Shown here piece after piece: positions 1-12,026 of a stretch of DNA of 64,000 nt. The stretch spans positions 868,001 to 932,000 of the forward strand of contig SMSO01000007.1 in assembly GCA_004764695.1 (NCBI GenBank), in the 5' to 3' direction. Position numbers and translations under genes: made by a program. The stretch's first letter is position 1, and every line of letters begins with the position of its first letter. The DNA comes from Schizochytrium sp. TIO01 (Eukaryota > Protista > Bigyra: Labyrinthulomycetes). A model generated the notes under the pieces. It did not search any database and had not been told where the DNA came from. It was given only the letters and a program-made list of their open reading frames with translations.

Positions 1-1694
1 GGGTCCCTGGGCAAACGCTGTATTTGTATACGAAGACAGACAGCGACGATGAAGAAAAGGCTTTGTTGGTGTAGGAATTGGTGGGTGGACAATCTGTATC
101 TTGGATAAAGGCTGTAACGTGACCGATGGGCTGTTTGGTCTGTTCGTTCGTTGCGGCGAGTTGAGCACCATCGATCAATAAACGAATGAATCCATCAATC
201 AATCAATCAATCAATCAATCCTGGCAAATGTAATAGCTAGGAGTGCGGCTAACGTAAAAGCTAGCCGTCGAGGCCGTCGTAGATACCGGTTAACGGTACA
301 GGTACCCCTGAGCGTGTCTCTCAAAGGCATAGTATGGCTAGCTGACTCTTAGGCAGCCGCTGAGAAGCTGGGAGCGCAGAAAATCATACCGTGGGCGCCT
401 TTGCTCTGCTCTGCTCTGCTCTGCTCGCCCTGCTCTGCGCCGGCGCCAGGGAGGGCTGAGGCCGCTCGGCTGAGGGAAGGGGTGGCGCGGGAGAGGGCCA
501 GTGAGAGGCAGGAGCTGCGGCGCAGCAGGCTGCGGCTCCGATCGAGCGCAGAGCCACGGGCGCTCGCTCGCTTCGTACTAGAGCCATCCATCATCCGCGG
601 TTGCGATTATGACTTTGATACGGGTTTTGCAGGGCCCAGGAAGCGCTCCCCGCGTTCCCAGGCGGGAACTTGCGGAACTTGCGGAACGGGTGGAACTGAA
701 GAAGAAGCGTCAGAGGGTGAGGACTTTTCCTACCTTACGAGGCACCCTCGCCGTCGTCCGAATCTGCAGAGTCCCCTCTGCGACCACTGGGGGAACTGGC
801 GGGGCGTGGAGGGGCGGCCACTGGGCCCTTGTCCTCCTCAGCCTTATGGAACCATTCCCCTCAGGAGGAGGCTGGGGAATGTTGAAGGGTTTGGGCTTAC
901 CTCACCACAGCGACCAGAACATAAAATGCTTGTAGAGGTGATACACTGGAATCTTGAGTCAAGAGCCAAAGATATTATAGGGGCCGTGACGCCAGTGGTC
1001 CCTCACTGCGCACGTGCAAATATTCCAGTGGGGTTGGTTGCAGTGGCGCGTCTCACAACGCCACTGCCCACAGCTGATTTCCTCGCGCTCCATCCACAGA
1101 CCCTCTTTGCGCCCCTCGCTTGGGTAAATAAATAGCTATCCATCCTCGCGAGAACGCTGAGCCTTGGAGCGCCGCCGGGTCAGCACAGGTCCCGCACCCG
1201 TCGCCTCGAAGGACGCCCTCCCCCTCCGCCGTGCTCCCCTCGCAGAGTTCCGGGCGCCCAGACCCTCTTTCTTCCGGTCTCTGGTCCCAGATCTGAAGAT
1301 CGTCTCATCGTGCTCAAACAAACAAAGATTCAAACCATCCATCCATCCATCGTACGTACATCCAGCCGCCCTCCCGCACCCCAGGCCTAAGCAGGAGCCG
1401 GAGGCCCGCCGGGTCGGTAGAGGAGTGCCAAGCGTCCGAGCGCAGGCGCGGCGGTCCGTGGAGCGAGAGGTCGTGAGGCGCTGGTGCAGCGGCATCCTTC
1501 ATAGTTGTCTTCGCGACGTCGTAATCTCTCTTCTCTTCCTTTCTCTTCTTTTCTCTTCGTTCCTTCAGTTCGGAACACCTGCTACCTTTACAGGTAGATA
1601 GGTTGATATTGTTCGTTCTATTGTTCTGTTCTGTTCTGTTCTGAGGACTGTGGTTGTTCGTTCTTCTTTTGTTGAGGTTTTCGATTTCTTCGGA

Positions 1695-1712
1695 TTTCTT
1701 TCTTTTTTCTTT

Positions 1713-1759
<47 letters not shown>

Positions 1760-2175
1760 GTGTTTCTTTTCTTTTTCGTTTCCTTCTTTCTTTCTCTCTT
1801 TGTTTTTCCAATCAGGGTACAACTTTTAACTGTAAAAGGAAAGAAAAAGACTGCTCGGGATAGAAAGGAAGAAAGAAAGAGGGAGAGAGAGAGAGATAGA
1901 GAGAGAGGGAGAAGATAGTAATAGAAGCAGGAGAAGCAAGAAAGGATTCGCTTAGTCAGGTAGTTAGTCTCTTCCTTCCTTAGTTCTCCCTTGGCTTCTC
2001 TGTTTTCTGCTTTCTTTTCTTCACTCGTTCTCTCTGTATTATCTGCGTCTCTGTCTTTCTTTTGGAGAAAGAATTCGACAGAGAGAGAGAGAGATTGGAA
2101 GAGAGCAAAGGTTCGAGGCAGAGAAAAGAGAGAAAGAAAGTTTTTCTTTCTTTCTTTCGCTTTTCTTTCGCTTTT
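1695..2175. repeat. Alternating pyrimidine (TTTC/TC) and purine (GAAA/GA) tracts upstream of the first gene
   Basis: Directly visible; (TTTC)n core at 1711-1759, (GA)n near 1880-1910 and 2078-2093. Confidence 0.85.
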
Positions 2176-2667
2176 CCTAGCGAAGCGCCCCCCCCCACAG
2201 CCGGGAGAGACTTACTGGATCGAGGCTATCCTTTACTCGCACCCACAGCCGCGCCGAGAACAAGCTGGAAGACCCGCGGGGGAAAAAAGACACCCCTTTA
2301 CTGCGAAACAAAGACACAAGCACAACCGCTCTACGCCTCCAACCACTCGCGCCCGCCCCACAGTAGCCCACAGGGTACCACAGCGGCCGCCCGTGGAAGG
2401 TACCGGTACCGTATAGAAGGACTCAGCCTCGTGCGGTCGAGCGGTGACAGCACAGGTAATACAGGGCGGTAGCAGTCGCCGTAAGCGAGCGCAGCAACGA
2501 CCGCGACGCCGTTGGCCGCACGGGGAGCGGCTCACGGATAGCGGAGGTCGCCGGAGAGGGCTCCTGCGATCCTGGCTGTGCTGCTCGGAGCTTTCTCTGT
2601 GCTTTGAGCTTAGGTTTGCCGTGGAAGACGCCGGATTTGAAGGTCTTGAGTGGATCTTGACAGCAAG

Positions 2668-3920
2668 ATGACGCGTGAAGACCTTGATCAGAGCGGCAAC
2701 AGTGCGGCGACGGGAACGCCTTCAGGCAAGGAAAGCCCTGAGTGCGCGGACCCCAGTGGAACAAATGCTAGCTTGCACTACCCTCACCCCAAGGCCTACT
2801 GCGTAGAGTTTCAAAGCAAGTATGGCACCCTCAAGGGTATTGAGAACGAGTGGGCTGCAGTCCCACCGAATGGCTCGTGCGAATGGGAGAATCAGCAACA
2901 CGGAAGAGGACATCACCTCAAGGTTGTGATCCGCAACCCCAAGGTCAACACCACCCTCGCGATGAGGCTTGTCTATGAGGATGGAACTCCGGCACCCGCG
3001 TTCACTCGGAACAAGTCTGGCCAGAAGAAGAGCACCATGCTGGTGGGCATTGACTCGCGAGAATGGAGATTGGGTTTCTCCTGGGCCAACGTTCGAAGGG
3101 AAGGCCCTCGCAAGTGGCATGCCGCGGCGACTTGTCGCATCGTGGTCGTGGAGCCTGACGCGACTCCCTTTTGCGAAATCCGCATGAACGAAGAGCTTGT
3201 GGTCACCGTACCCGCAGGTGTGGACATCATCGTTCCCATCCGCATCGAGGTGCTCTCTGCCGTCAAGGGTGCCAGCAACTTCAGCCGCTATGCTGTGCAC
3301 TGCTTTGAAACCAACATGACTAACCCATCAGCGCCGGCCTCGCCACTTGCTGGAGGGTGGTCCTGGGTTTCACCAAATGTTTTAGTGGAGGCCAAATGGC
3401 TCCCAGCTGCGCCTGTGCGAATCCACAACAAACAGCGTTTTGGAACATTTAGGAACGGTATGACACGTAGCTCCTCGTCAGGAACTCTGTCGCATTCGCA
3501 TGATGCCGAAGTCGATGACCCCGTGTACGGTCCCAACGGGTCCGTTAACTCCAACGGCGGCAAGAAGTCCTCCACGGGCTCTGCCACGACACCCCCGTCT
3601 CTGCGGGTCCCTGGGCGCACCGGAGGACCCTGCGGCTACGAGGACTTCCTGCAAGCCGTCACAGTAGTCCAGTCCTTCCTCGCTCAAGATCCCATGTCCC
3701 GAGACATCTCCACGAATGGCCAAGTTGACATGACAGTACAAGATCTGCAGTGTGCAGTGTCCAAGTACCTCTTGCAGCGCAGGATTTGCATGCAGCAGAC
3801 ACCCTCTGCCCATGCACACCCACACCACGTCCAGTTCCCGCAAACTGGTTTCGGTGTAAACCCCGTTTATTTCGGCGGCGCCGGAACTGCTAGCGCTTAC
3901 GGACAACTCTTTAATTCTAT

Positions 3921-3953
<33 letters not shown>

Positions 3954-4509
3954 ACAGCAAAGCGCCCAGGTTCAGCAAACTCTTGCTCGAGGACGAGCGG
4001 TAGCAGCCGCTGCTGCCGCAGCGGTGTCTAGTGCACCGCAGGCAAAGCGCAAGCCGGCAAACGCTGCTGGCCCCGACTCGAAAAAGGTCAAGGCTACCGC
4101 CAAACGCCGCACGTCATCCTCGTCTGCCGCGACAGCAGCAGTGGCGGCAGCAGCAGCTGCCGCAGCCGCGGCTGCAACTTCTGGCACAACGACTGTGCCA
4201 AAGCAACCACCTGCAGGCAAGACTCTGCTTTCGAATACCGTTACCAAGGCCGAGGATCTTCCCAAAGATGTGCTTAGTAGCCCTCCGCGGGGCCCGAAGG
4301 TCTCGCCGTTGCCGCCTAATGTCATGGCAACCCTTGCTCTGCCCAGCTCGGCTGATGGAGTTGCATCCCTGGTGGAAATGAGCAAGGGCTTCCGCTCCGA
4401 TCAATTTAAAGACAATGCCTTATTCAGGCACGGCGCCTTCAGCGCTTCGTCGTTTCCTATGGGCGTGGACTTGCTAGCCCAGGCTGCCGAAGTCGCCAGG
4501 CACGACTAA
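2668..4509 (+). CDS. Putative transcription factor with CudA/p53-like beta-sandwich domain, polyQ/polyA tracts and basic NLS-like segments
   Basis: Long ORF; first ATG at 2668. The N-terminal globular region has LVYEDGTP, IRIEVLS and SPNVLVEAK motifs resembling CudA-type Ig-fold DNA-binding domains. It is followed by a polyQ run, Ala runs and KRK/KKVK/KRR clusters. The CDS is confident; the function is tentative. Confidence 0.6.
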
Positions 4510-5278
4510 ATCTCAGAAATCCTGTCGTGGCACTTCGCCCATGCCTATAACCTTCTCTCTGTGTTGCCTGCCTGCCTACATGCCTCTCTGAGGACAAAAA
4601 TTTCCTATGATGTTCTCTAGCTGGCAACCACAATTTATGCTACTACGGTCGCTGCACCCACCCGATCTCTAGCTCGGGGGATCTCTGTCTTGTGGCAACT
4701 TATTTCTGTGCGTCTTCCGCCACATTCCGTTGACAAGAGAGCATGCAATGCTGCATCCCTACTTTCTCTTCCCGTCCTTCTTCTACCGCCAGCAGCTAGT
4801 GTAGCTGCTTGATAACCTGATAGCTATGAGAGAGCCTCCCCACCAAGCGATGTTTTTCTTGCGTGGGGTTTTCCAACTTAGACCACCCTGTTTCTGCTCT
4901 CCCATTTGGTTCTTGAGAAAGTAACCCTGACGAACAAAACAAAACAAAATTTAGTATCACAACAACAACAACTACAACACATTTCTTTCCATGAGTGAAT
5001 GATTGAACGATTGATGATGATGATGGAGATGGTGATACCAATTCTCTTTTTTCACCTCCACACCTCATTGACCCTCCTCTTTTTACACGAAGATCAATCA
5101 ATGATCAACTCAATAGCACTTTGCCGCACCACCTAAGACAGGCAGAGTAATAATATTGATGATGCCGATGATGAACTACACAAACTATGATGATATCTGA
5201 CAACAAACAAGAGCATTTGACCGACGACAACCCGAATCAATTCCCTCCTTAAAAAAAAAATCAAAATATATAGTTGAG

Positions 5279-8200
5279 TTAGTTTCCCTTTTTTACTAAG
5301 TTTTTACGAAGAACGATGCGCACCTTACGGCTGGCCTGATTATCCATAGTAAGAACACAATCAACAATGTGTTCACCAATGCTGCCGGGACGATCGATTT
5401 GTAAGGCCAAGGTCAAGGTCACCTTTTCGCCTGGCTTAAGGGCGCCCTTAGGCTTGTCTGCAACTATTGTTTCAGGCGTGCGCACAATTTCATAGCTTCC
5501 ACCACGAGTTGTTGAGCAAGATCCGACGACAATGCGAATTGTCTTGCCGTCAGAAGTATCATCGAAACATCCAACTAAGGTATAGTTTGAGAGGGCAGTA
5601 CCTGCTGAAAATGCAAACTCATTAGCAATACGATCGCGCGGAGCAACCATTCCAACATCAGCCATCCGAGCAAATATGGGATGACTCCAGGCACGACCTT
5701 GAAATCGCAGAGTGTGTTTTCCAATCTGATTTGGGACGTCGACTTCAAAAACACCGAAATGCCCACTGAGACGCTCTTGATCTGGCTCGAAACGAATTTG
5801 AACCTGACGGTTTTCCATTGCAGGGATGCTTGCCTTCTGTTGACCAATCACAAAAACATCTCTCCCCCCAAGGTTTCGAGGGATATTCGCCACCGGGGCC
5901 ACCTTTATTGCGTAGTCAAGGCCAAAGACACTTTTATTCTGAAGATATACATTTTGAGTAGACGACTCGTGAACTAAAACGTCTCCAAAATCGACGACTT
6001 GATCACTTGAAAACATGTTATCGATTCCTTGGCTATTCTCGGAACCATCTGCTGGGTTTTGCAATGAAACACTCAGCTTAGGGCTAACTCCCTCTCCGCA
6101 CAACAGAATATCAAGTTTTGCAGCTTGGCTTCGGATTGTAAATACCTCCTGGAAAGTGCGGTTAGATGATGGGGTGAATTTGATGTTCACAGCATGCGAG
6201 CCATTTACAGGAATATCTCGCAAAGCATTCACCATCATGAATGGACCAACCGGGTTTAAGCTATCCAAAGTTAAATGCGCCATAGTATTGCCAAAGTTGC
6301 GAATGCGCAGCACGAGCGTCTTGGAGTGACCCACCGCCACCTGAGAGAAACGCAGTTCGTCCTGATCTGCAACCAAGTCCGAGTCCACATGCACAGCGTT
6401 CACTTGTAAAGCTAACGGGACCTCGAAGCCCCGAACATGGCAACGCATGAGCCACTCGCAATGTTTACTCCAAGGTTCCCCTTCATCTGGGTTACTCCAA
6501 ACCACGGAGCCTACTTCTGGCGGAATCTCAAATGGATTTTTCTCCTCAGAACTTGCAGCATTGCTGGTTTCATCTGCTACGCCTACCTCTTCATTATTCT
6601 CTGTTGCTGATGCTTCAGTCTCGTTACCATCACCATCTGCAATTGCCTCCGGGTGAGACACGGCATTGGCAAAGGGGCCATCTTTCTCGGATGGTGCTGT
6701 CAACTCAACTTCGATACGAACAACCTCACCAGGATTTAATCTTCCAACCTGCGGGCTGACATGCAACCCATGTGAAAACTTCTTCAGAGGTAAGACGATG
6801 TGGAAGTCTCGAATTTCACGCGACGTGTTTGTCAAGAAGAGACTTTGCGTACGCCGTGTACCTAGAGCGCATGTGTTAAAAGCAACAAGAGTTTGCGAAA
6901 AATGAAGAGGTGGGTCCAATCCAACACCTTTACAAGGAATTTGAAAAGTACGATTAAGACTGGTACGCAGAGTCAAAGAAAAAGCGTACTCGACTGCCGA
7001 AGACGGGCTAAAAATTACCTGCGAAATGATTCTTTCTTTGGGCAAAAGAGTTCCAAAACCATTTGATGGCTCCACACTAACCTGAGGGCGAAGCTTGACA
7101 AAACCAAAACGTTGAGGTAACAAACTAGTGTTTTCTAGCACTAGCGGGCGTTGAACCGACTGTGTAGTGTAGCAAAAGCCAAAGTCAAGGGTGGCAGGAG
7201 AAAGTGCAATCTCACCTGATGTGAGGGTAGCGACTAGAGCTAGTTTTACAGGGAGTACCTGCTCCGGGACATGGATGTTGATGGGAATACTCACCCGAAG
7301 GATTTGACCAAACGTTGCATCTTCTTCCCGTGTGCAGTTATTCGTTTGTGTGCACCAATCGACAATTGCCTGGGAAGGCCGAACCTTAATCTGTACGTCG
7401 AACGAACCATCTTTTGCTCCATCCCTGGCCTGCACAAACCCCATGTCCGGTAAGAATTCGATACAGTCACGCAAAGGTTTTGGTGGTGAAATCTCTGCAC
7501 GTAATGCGACACTGCCCCGATTTCGCAAAACCAGTTTGTTTCTGTACAATTTGCCAAACACGCAACATTGGAAATCAAGTTTCGACGAGGCAGCGTAAAT
7601 TGGCACCTTGCTTGTGGCGGCCACAATTGTACAATGGACATGCTGGCCATCCTTGAAAATAATCTCAAGTGTTTTGCTTATTTCTACAGGACTATCTTCC
7701 TGAGGTCCATAGGTGATACTCATATTTGTCTCATCATAGCCAGTTAACTCGAATTTTACGGGTTCACCCATGGTGAGATCCTTAGAATCATAGCAGTCTC
7801 CTCCTAGTGAGAATGAACAAGGAAGAGCTCCTTCGTTTGCAATCTTTAGCACTAAGGTCTTCGTCTCGCCATGAACCACTGTGCCAAAATCCAGGGTTGA
7901 TTTCGAGAGTGCTGGAATTGTTTTGCGCTTGGTGCATTTAATGGGAACGTTGAATGGTCCAGTGTTGGCCAAAAATGGAAGATTTGCGACAATGTCCTCG
8001 TTCACCTTTGGTTCAAAGTCAACGCGAATTCTGCATGTAAGTCCAGCACTCATTCTACCTGGTTTTTCATATGTCACAGTAAAAAAGTTCTTAATGTCGT
8101 CGGGAAGCTCGAGAAGCTTAAAGCTGTTGAATGTGTATGATACATTTGTCAAGGTAAATGTTTTTGAATAGGACTCACCAACAATAAAGTCTTTGTAATG

Positions 8201-9988
8201 GATAACCGAGGGTTTCACAAGAAAGGCCTGCCCCTCAAACGTTTTACCCCAGACAACCTGGTCTTGTACAACATTTCGCAGCTGCGCCTCTCGAGCCTTT
8301 CGCAACATCTTCTGCTCAAACACACTCAGGTCGCGCGTGGTACCCTTAAATTTATTCCAATTCTGCTCCGCAGGTGACTCCAGAGCCGCAGACGAAACAC
8401 TACTTTGTATGACATCAAGCACAAGCCGACGTTCATCCTCAACTCGGTCATCTCCTTTAAACGAATCGCTAGGATGGAAGGACATACCCGGGGGGGGGCC
8501 TAAAGCAGCATCATTTTGCCGCTCAAGAATACGAGCTTCTGCATCCACTCCTCCACGGGGTTGCTTACCCTCTTCCTCCAGTTGCCGACGCTGGGCGACG
8601 GCAGCTTGAGATAGCTTTCTTTTATCTGCTTTCGGGGCTCCTGTTGGATTAAGATGCTCGGGAGGAATAAAGGGACGAAGGCGAGCCGGTATGAGTGAGC
8701 CGATCGGTTCAATACCTGCATTTGCTGGTTGTGCAGCAATCTTATCAACAATATCACTTCTTTCACGCTGCACGTTTCCAAGCCCAAAAGCATGTGTCTT
8801 CATGACAGTTACCTGGCTAGGCTCAACACGAAACGCACGTCCCGACGGATCGATCGAGTCCACCCCGCCGATTGTTCTAGACCGCATATATTCAAGGGTT
8901 CGCTCTTCTGCTGCATGGCGACCGAGAGATTTAGTGTACTGGTCCTCATAAGCCTTTTCTTTGGCTTCTTGTGAATCTTTTACACGGTTGTATTCATCAA
9001 AAGCTAGCATTTTTTTCATGAGCTGCATCTCTGACTGCTTGAGTCGAAGTTGTATCCGTTCCTTGGCGCTTTTCACTCTTGCATCCTGTTTTCGCCGACG
9101 AAAGACTTCATAAGGATTCCCTCCTGCTTCAAGGATCTCATTGAATTCCTCTTGCTCTCGTTGGGCCACCCGTGCTTCCTGCGCTTTACGCTGTGCAATT
9201 TTGCCTGCCATTTCTGCCTGAATAGTTTCTGTCGAGCGCTTTAACTGAAGAATTGCACGCGCGCGACGCTCGTGATCTTGGCTGTGTTGTGCCTCAACAC
9301 TTTCTAACAAGTTTTGAGTTGCCTTTTTGTTGGCCTGGACGCGCTTACGAGCCTTCTCTCGCTCTTTCTGAGCAGCCTCTACGCGCGACTCGTCCTCAGC
9401 ACGTTGTGCTTCCGCCTCGTGCAATGCCATATTGGCATCAGCACGGCGCATTCGCAAAAATTGTTTACCAACTTTACCTTCATTCGCTGCACGTAGGGCT
9501 GCAGCTTCTCGGAGGACTGCTTCGTTTTCTGTGACTTGCTTGCGTAGTGCTTCTGCCACAGGTCGAAGTTTGTGTAGCCGCACAACAGCAATGTCGCGGA
9601 GTCTTTCTGCCTCATCCATAGCCCGCGATGCCTCCTTTACACGCGACTGGAGCTCACGTAGGTTAAACTTTTCTGGTGTTGCATGTGTAGCTGCTTCTTC
9701 GTACGCACATCGCTCCTCGTTGAGGTGTTCCCTGGCCTCTTGGAGTGCCCTTGTGCGATGTTTGACTTCGACTTCAGCCTGTTCTGCTTGCGCCAGCTGC
9801 TGGCGAATCGCACGGTCCTCCTGGCAAGCAGCTAGCGATTTATGCACATTCACCACACCGCCAACGACATGTCTCTCGATGGCCTTTTCGCGAGCTTCTG
9901 CCTTTCGCTGTGCAATCTCCTGCTCTTGTGCAGCTTTCTGCTCCTCTGTATTCCCAAGTTCTGCACTGTGTGCATCCAGCGAGTCCAT
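5279..9988 (-). CDS. CFAP74: Cilia- and flagella-associated protein 74 (coiled coil + ASH/Ig-like domains)
   Basis: ~1570-aa ORF, ATG at 9988. It has an N-terminal coiled coil with GGNPYEVFRRR, then QVVWGKTFEGQAF..KPSVI.YKDF..G, TLTNVSYTFNSFKL, PGRMSAGLTC and N.SLLPQRFGFV, plus repeated ASH-type (DFG...L.I.N) domains typical of CFAP74. Confidence 0.88.
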   Translation of the reverse strand: MDSLDAHSAELGNTEEQKAAQEQEIAQRKAEAREKAIERHVVGGVVNVHKSLAACQEDRAIRQQLAQAEQAEVEVKHRTRALQEAREHLNEERCAYEEAATHATPEKFNLRELQSRVKEASRAMDEAERLRDIAVVRLHKLRPVAEALRKQVTENEAVLREAAALRAANEGKVGKQFLRMRRADANMALHEAEAQRAEDESRVEAAQKEREKARKRVQANKKATQNLLESVEAQHSQDHERRARAILQLKRSTETIQAEMAGKIAQRKAQEARVAQREQEEFNEILEAGGNPYEVFRRRKQDARVKSAKERIQLRLKQSEMQLMKKMLAFDEYNRVKDSQEAKEKAYEDQYTKSLGRHAAEERTLEYMRSRTIGGVDSIDPSGRAFRVEPSQVTVMKTHAFGLGNVQRERSDIVDKIAAQPANAGIEPIGSLIPARLRPFIPPEHLNPTGAPKADKRKLSQAAVAQRRQLEEEGKQPRGGVDAEARILERQNDAALGPPPGMSFHPSDSFKGDDRVEDERRLVLDVIQSSVSSAALESPAEQNWNKFKGTTRDLSVFEQKMLRKAREAQLRNVVQDQVVWGKTFEGQAFLVKPSVIHYKDFIVGESYSKTFTLTNVSYTFNSFKLLELPDDIKNFFTVTYEKPGRMSAGLTCRIRVDFEPKVNEDIVANLPFLANTGPFNVPIKCTKRKTIPALSKSTLDFGTVVHGETKTLVLKIANEGALPCSFSLGGDCYDSKDLTMGEPVKFELTGYDETNMSITYGPQEDSPVEISKTLEIIFKDGQHVHCTIVAATSKVPIYAASSKLDFQCCVFGKLYRNKLVLRNRGSVALRAEISPPKPLRDCIEFLPDMGFVQARDGAKDGSFDVQIKVRPSQAIVDWCTQTNNCTREEDATFGQILRVSIPINIHVPEQVLPVKLALVATLTSGEIALSPATLDFGFCYTTQSVQRPLVLENTSLLPQRFGFVKLRPQVSVEPSNGFGTLLPKERIISQVIFSPSSAVEYAFSLTLRTSLNRTFQIPCKGVGLDPPLHFSQTLVAFNTCALGTRRTQSLFLTNTSREIRDFHIVLPLKKFSHGLHVSPQVGRLNPGEVVRIEVELTAPSEKDGPFANAVSHPEAIADGDGNETEASATENNEEVGVADETSNAASSEEKNPFEIPPEVGSVVWSNPDEGEPWSKHCEWLMRCHVRGFEVPLALQVNAVHVDSDLVADQDELRFSQVAVGHSKTLVLRIRNFGNTMAHLTLDSLNPVGPFMMVNALRDIPVNGSHAVNIKFTPSSNRTFQEVFTIRSQAAKLDILLCGEGVSPKLSVSLQNPADGSENSQGIDNMFSSDQVVDFGDVLVHESSTQNVYLQNKSVFGLDYAIKVAPVANIPRNLGGRDVFVIGQQKASIPAMENRQVQIRFEPDQERLSGHFGVFEVDVPNQIGKHTLRFQGRAWSHPIFARMADVGMVAPRDRIANEFAFSAGTALSNYTLVGCFDDTSDGKTIRIVVGSCSTTRGGSYEIVRTPETIVADKPKGALKPGEKVTLTLALQIDRPGSIGEHIVDCVLTMDNQASRKVRIVLRKNLVKKGN

Positions 9989-10555
9989 CTTCGCCACAGC
10001 CAAGCCACCTCCTCAAGAGCGTCCAGCGCAGGGCTTCCAGTCAGGGTTACTCCGACACGTTATGCCCCTTAACTTTCCCCGAGGCGGCCCGAAATAACCT
10101 AATTCCTGCGCTTGCGATGCACAGTGCTTGTGCGCAGGCATGTTCTCCAAGCTCAAACGGTCTTCTTTATTTGACCAACTATCCACAGGAAAACTGTCCC
10201 TTTTACCCCCTTCCGCCATCTCGACATGAGGAAGTAGGAATCGGATAGTATCATTTAGGAGAGGCGAGGCCAGGTGTTCTATTCTCTTGTTCAAAGATTA
10301 AACATAGGAACGTACTATGTACTTTTTATCTTTTTGCCATCTCCTTTTTTATTTTTTGAGGATTTGGTAAATTCCTAGATCGTAGGATATTTGTCGCACT
10401 CACAGAAGCGTTTCTCAGACAGATTGGAAGCGGATCGAGAGCTACTGCTGCTTTTGCTGTTGCCGGTGGTGTGTTTGGGGCAAAACCGTATTGACAAGGA
10501 GCCGAGACCAGACTGGACTTGTGGTGCTGACGGATAGAAACTCTTGCAAAAGAGG

Positions 10556-12026
10556 ATGTCGCTCTTCGTGGGATGCTGTAGGTTCACTGGCCAAACGTGA
10601 CGAAACAGAGGAACTCAATATGCGTGGTGCGGCGTGACGTGTCGTGACGTGACGTGACATAGCCAGCATGTTGTTTATAGATTGCAATAGTTCTTGGCGA
10701 CTTGTTTGCCTTTGTGAATGTATCTTAGGACATGCAATCGAGAGACTTGTGTAGATGCGAGGATGAAAGTGCAAACAGAGACTAACTTCAACAACCTGAA
10801 TGCACATATGCACATGATCACGACTGTATTTGCACGTGCTAATAATTTAATTGTCATTTCTTCTAATACTGGAAAATTGGATTCGCCAAACAGATGGCAA
10901 GACGCTCGACTTTGTCGAGGCACATGGTGATGGAATTGGCTACTTTTCTGTAGAGAATGGCAAAGTGGAGTTACAAAGCATTCTGAGGTTCAAAGATAAG
11001 AGCGCAGGAGAGGTGCCTGAAAACCCGTCCTATCTTGCAGTTCACCCATCCCTTCCGGTGCTCTATGCTACGGAAGAGCTTCCTGACGAAGGTTTTGTCT
11101 GGGTCTTCGACATTGACACCAAGACTAAGACATTGTCCGTAGCTGGTCGCGAGTCTACGTGTGGCACGAGTGCCGCAATGCTAAGTGTATCCAAAGATGA
11201 GAAGCTCTTGTACACAGTCAATTACTCAAGTGGACCTGCGATGGTCTTTAGTCTCGATGAGCAAGGTCATATTGAAAATGCCGTTTCGAAGTTAGAGTGC
11301 ATCAGTGATCGTGAGTATCCTGGACCAAACAAGGGGCGCCAGGATAGGCCGCATCCGCATATGCATGTCGAAGACTTTACTGCCCCGGAGCGCCTCTCTC
11401 TCGTGCCTGACCTGGGCGCTGATTGTGTACACGAGTTCAGCTTAGATGAAAATGGCAACCAAATTGCAGAGAGCCAAGCTCTGCTGCCGCTAGGCTCTGG
11501 CCCGCGCCACCTTGTGATTTGCTCTTCAGATCGTGCACGTCTTGTACTTTGTGAGCTTACAACGATGCTCTGCGTGGTCCCTTGCAAGGAGAAACGGTCT
11601 GACATCCCTGATTCATCTTTGCAGGATGCCACACAGATGCTTTCCGTTATTGACGGAAGTGATCAAGTGAACTCTGATTCAGAGTGGACTGCTTCAGCAA
11701 TTAACCTGCACCCGAACGAACGGTTTGTCTTTTGCTCAGTTCGTGCTACAGATGCGTCTCGAAATGGTCGCATAGGCGTTTTTGAGGTTCACTCTCACAA
11801 AGAAGAAGGAACTCGCCTGGAGTTCAAGTGCTGCATTGATAGCCTTGGTAAGTGTCCTCGTGAAATGAAGCTTGACTCTACAGGAGACTTTCTCTTTGTC
11901 GCACACCAAGATTCCAACAATATCGAGTGCTTTGCAGTAAACCCTGAAACGGGCGAGCTTTCACGAGATAGCTCCCGAAGCTTTGAGTTTAAAACCCCTG
12001 TGGCTCTCTGTTTTAGTCAGCATTAA
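10556..12026 (+). CDS. 7-bladed beta-propeller lactonase (6-phosphogluconolactonase Pgl/YbhE-like); 2 exons 10556-10577, 10894-12026
   Basis: Motifs NPSYL, VNYSSG, RQDRPHPH, VPDLGAD, GSGPRH, GKCPRE and VAHQDSN. Splicing GTAGGT(10578)...CAG(10893) restores the family N-terminal strand MSLFVGCYG in frame. Confidence 0.88.
10578..10893 (+). other. Spliceosomal GT-AG intron (316 nt) of lactonase gene
   Basis: Donor GTAGGT, CTAAT branch-like motifs near 10839 and 10863, acceptor CAG. The phase-1 join creates TAT (Tyr) and keeps the frame. Confidence 0.8.

Noticed and set aside
349-2535. Multiple overlapping ORFs (e.g. 401-1135, 1164-1601, 1314-1811)
   Set aside because: Mostly non-ATG starts, low-complexity or SSR-derived, with no recognisable domains; best read as the upstream region of the 2668 gene.
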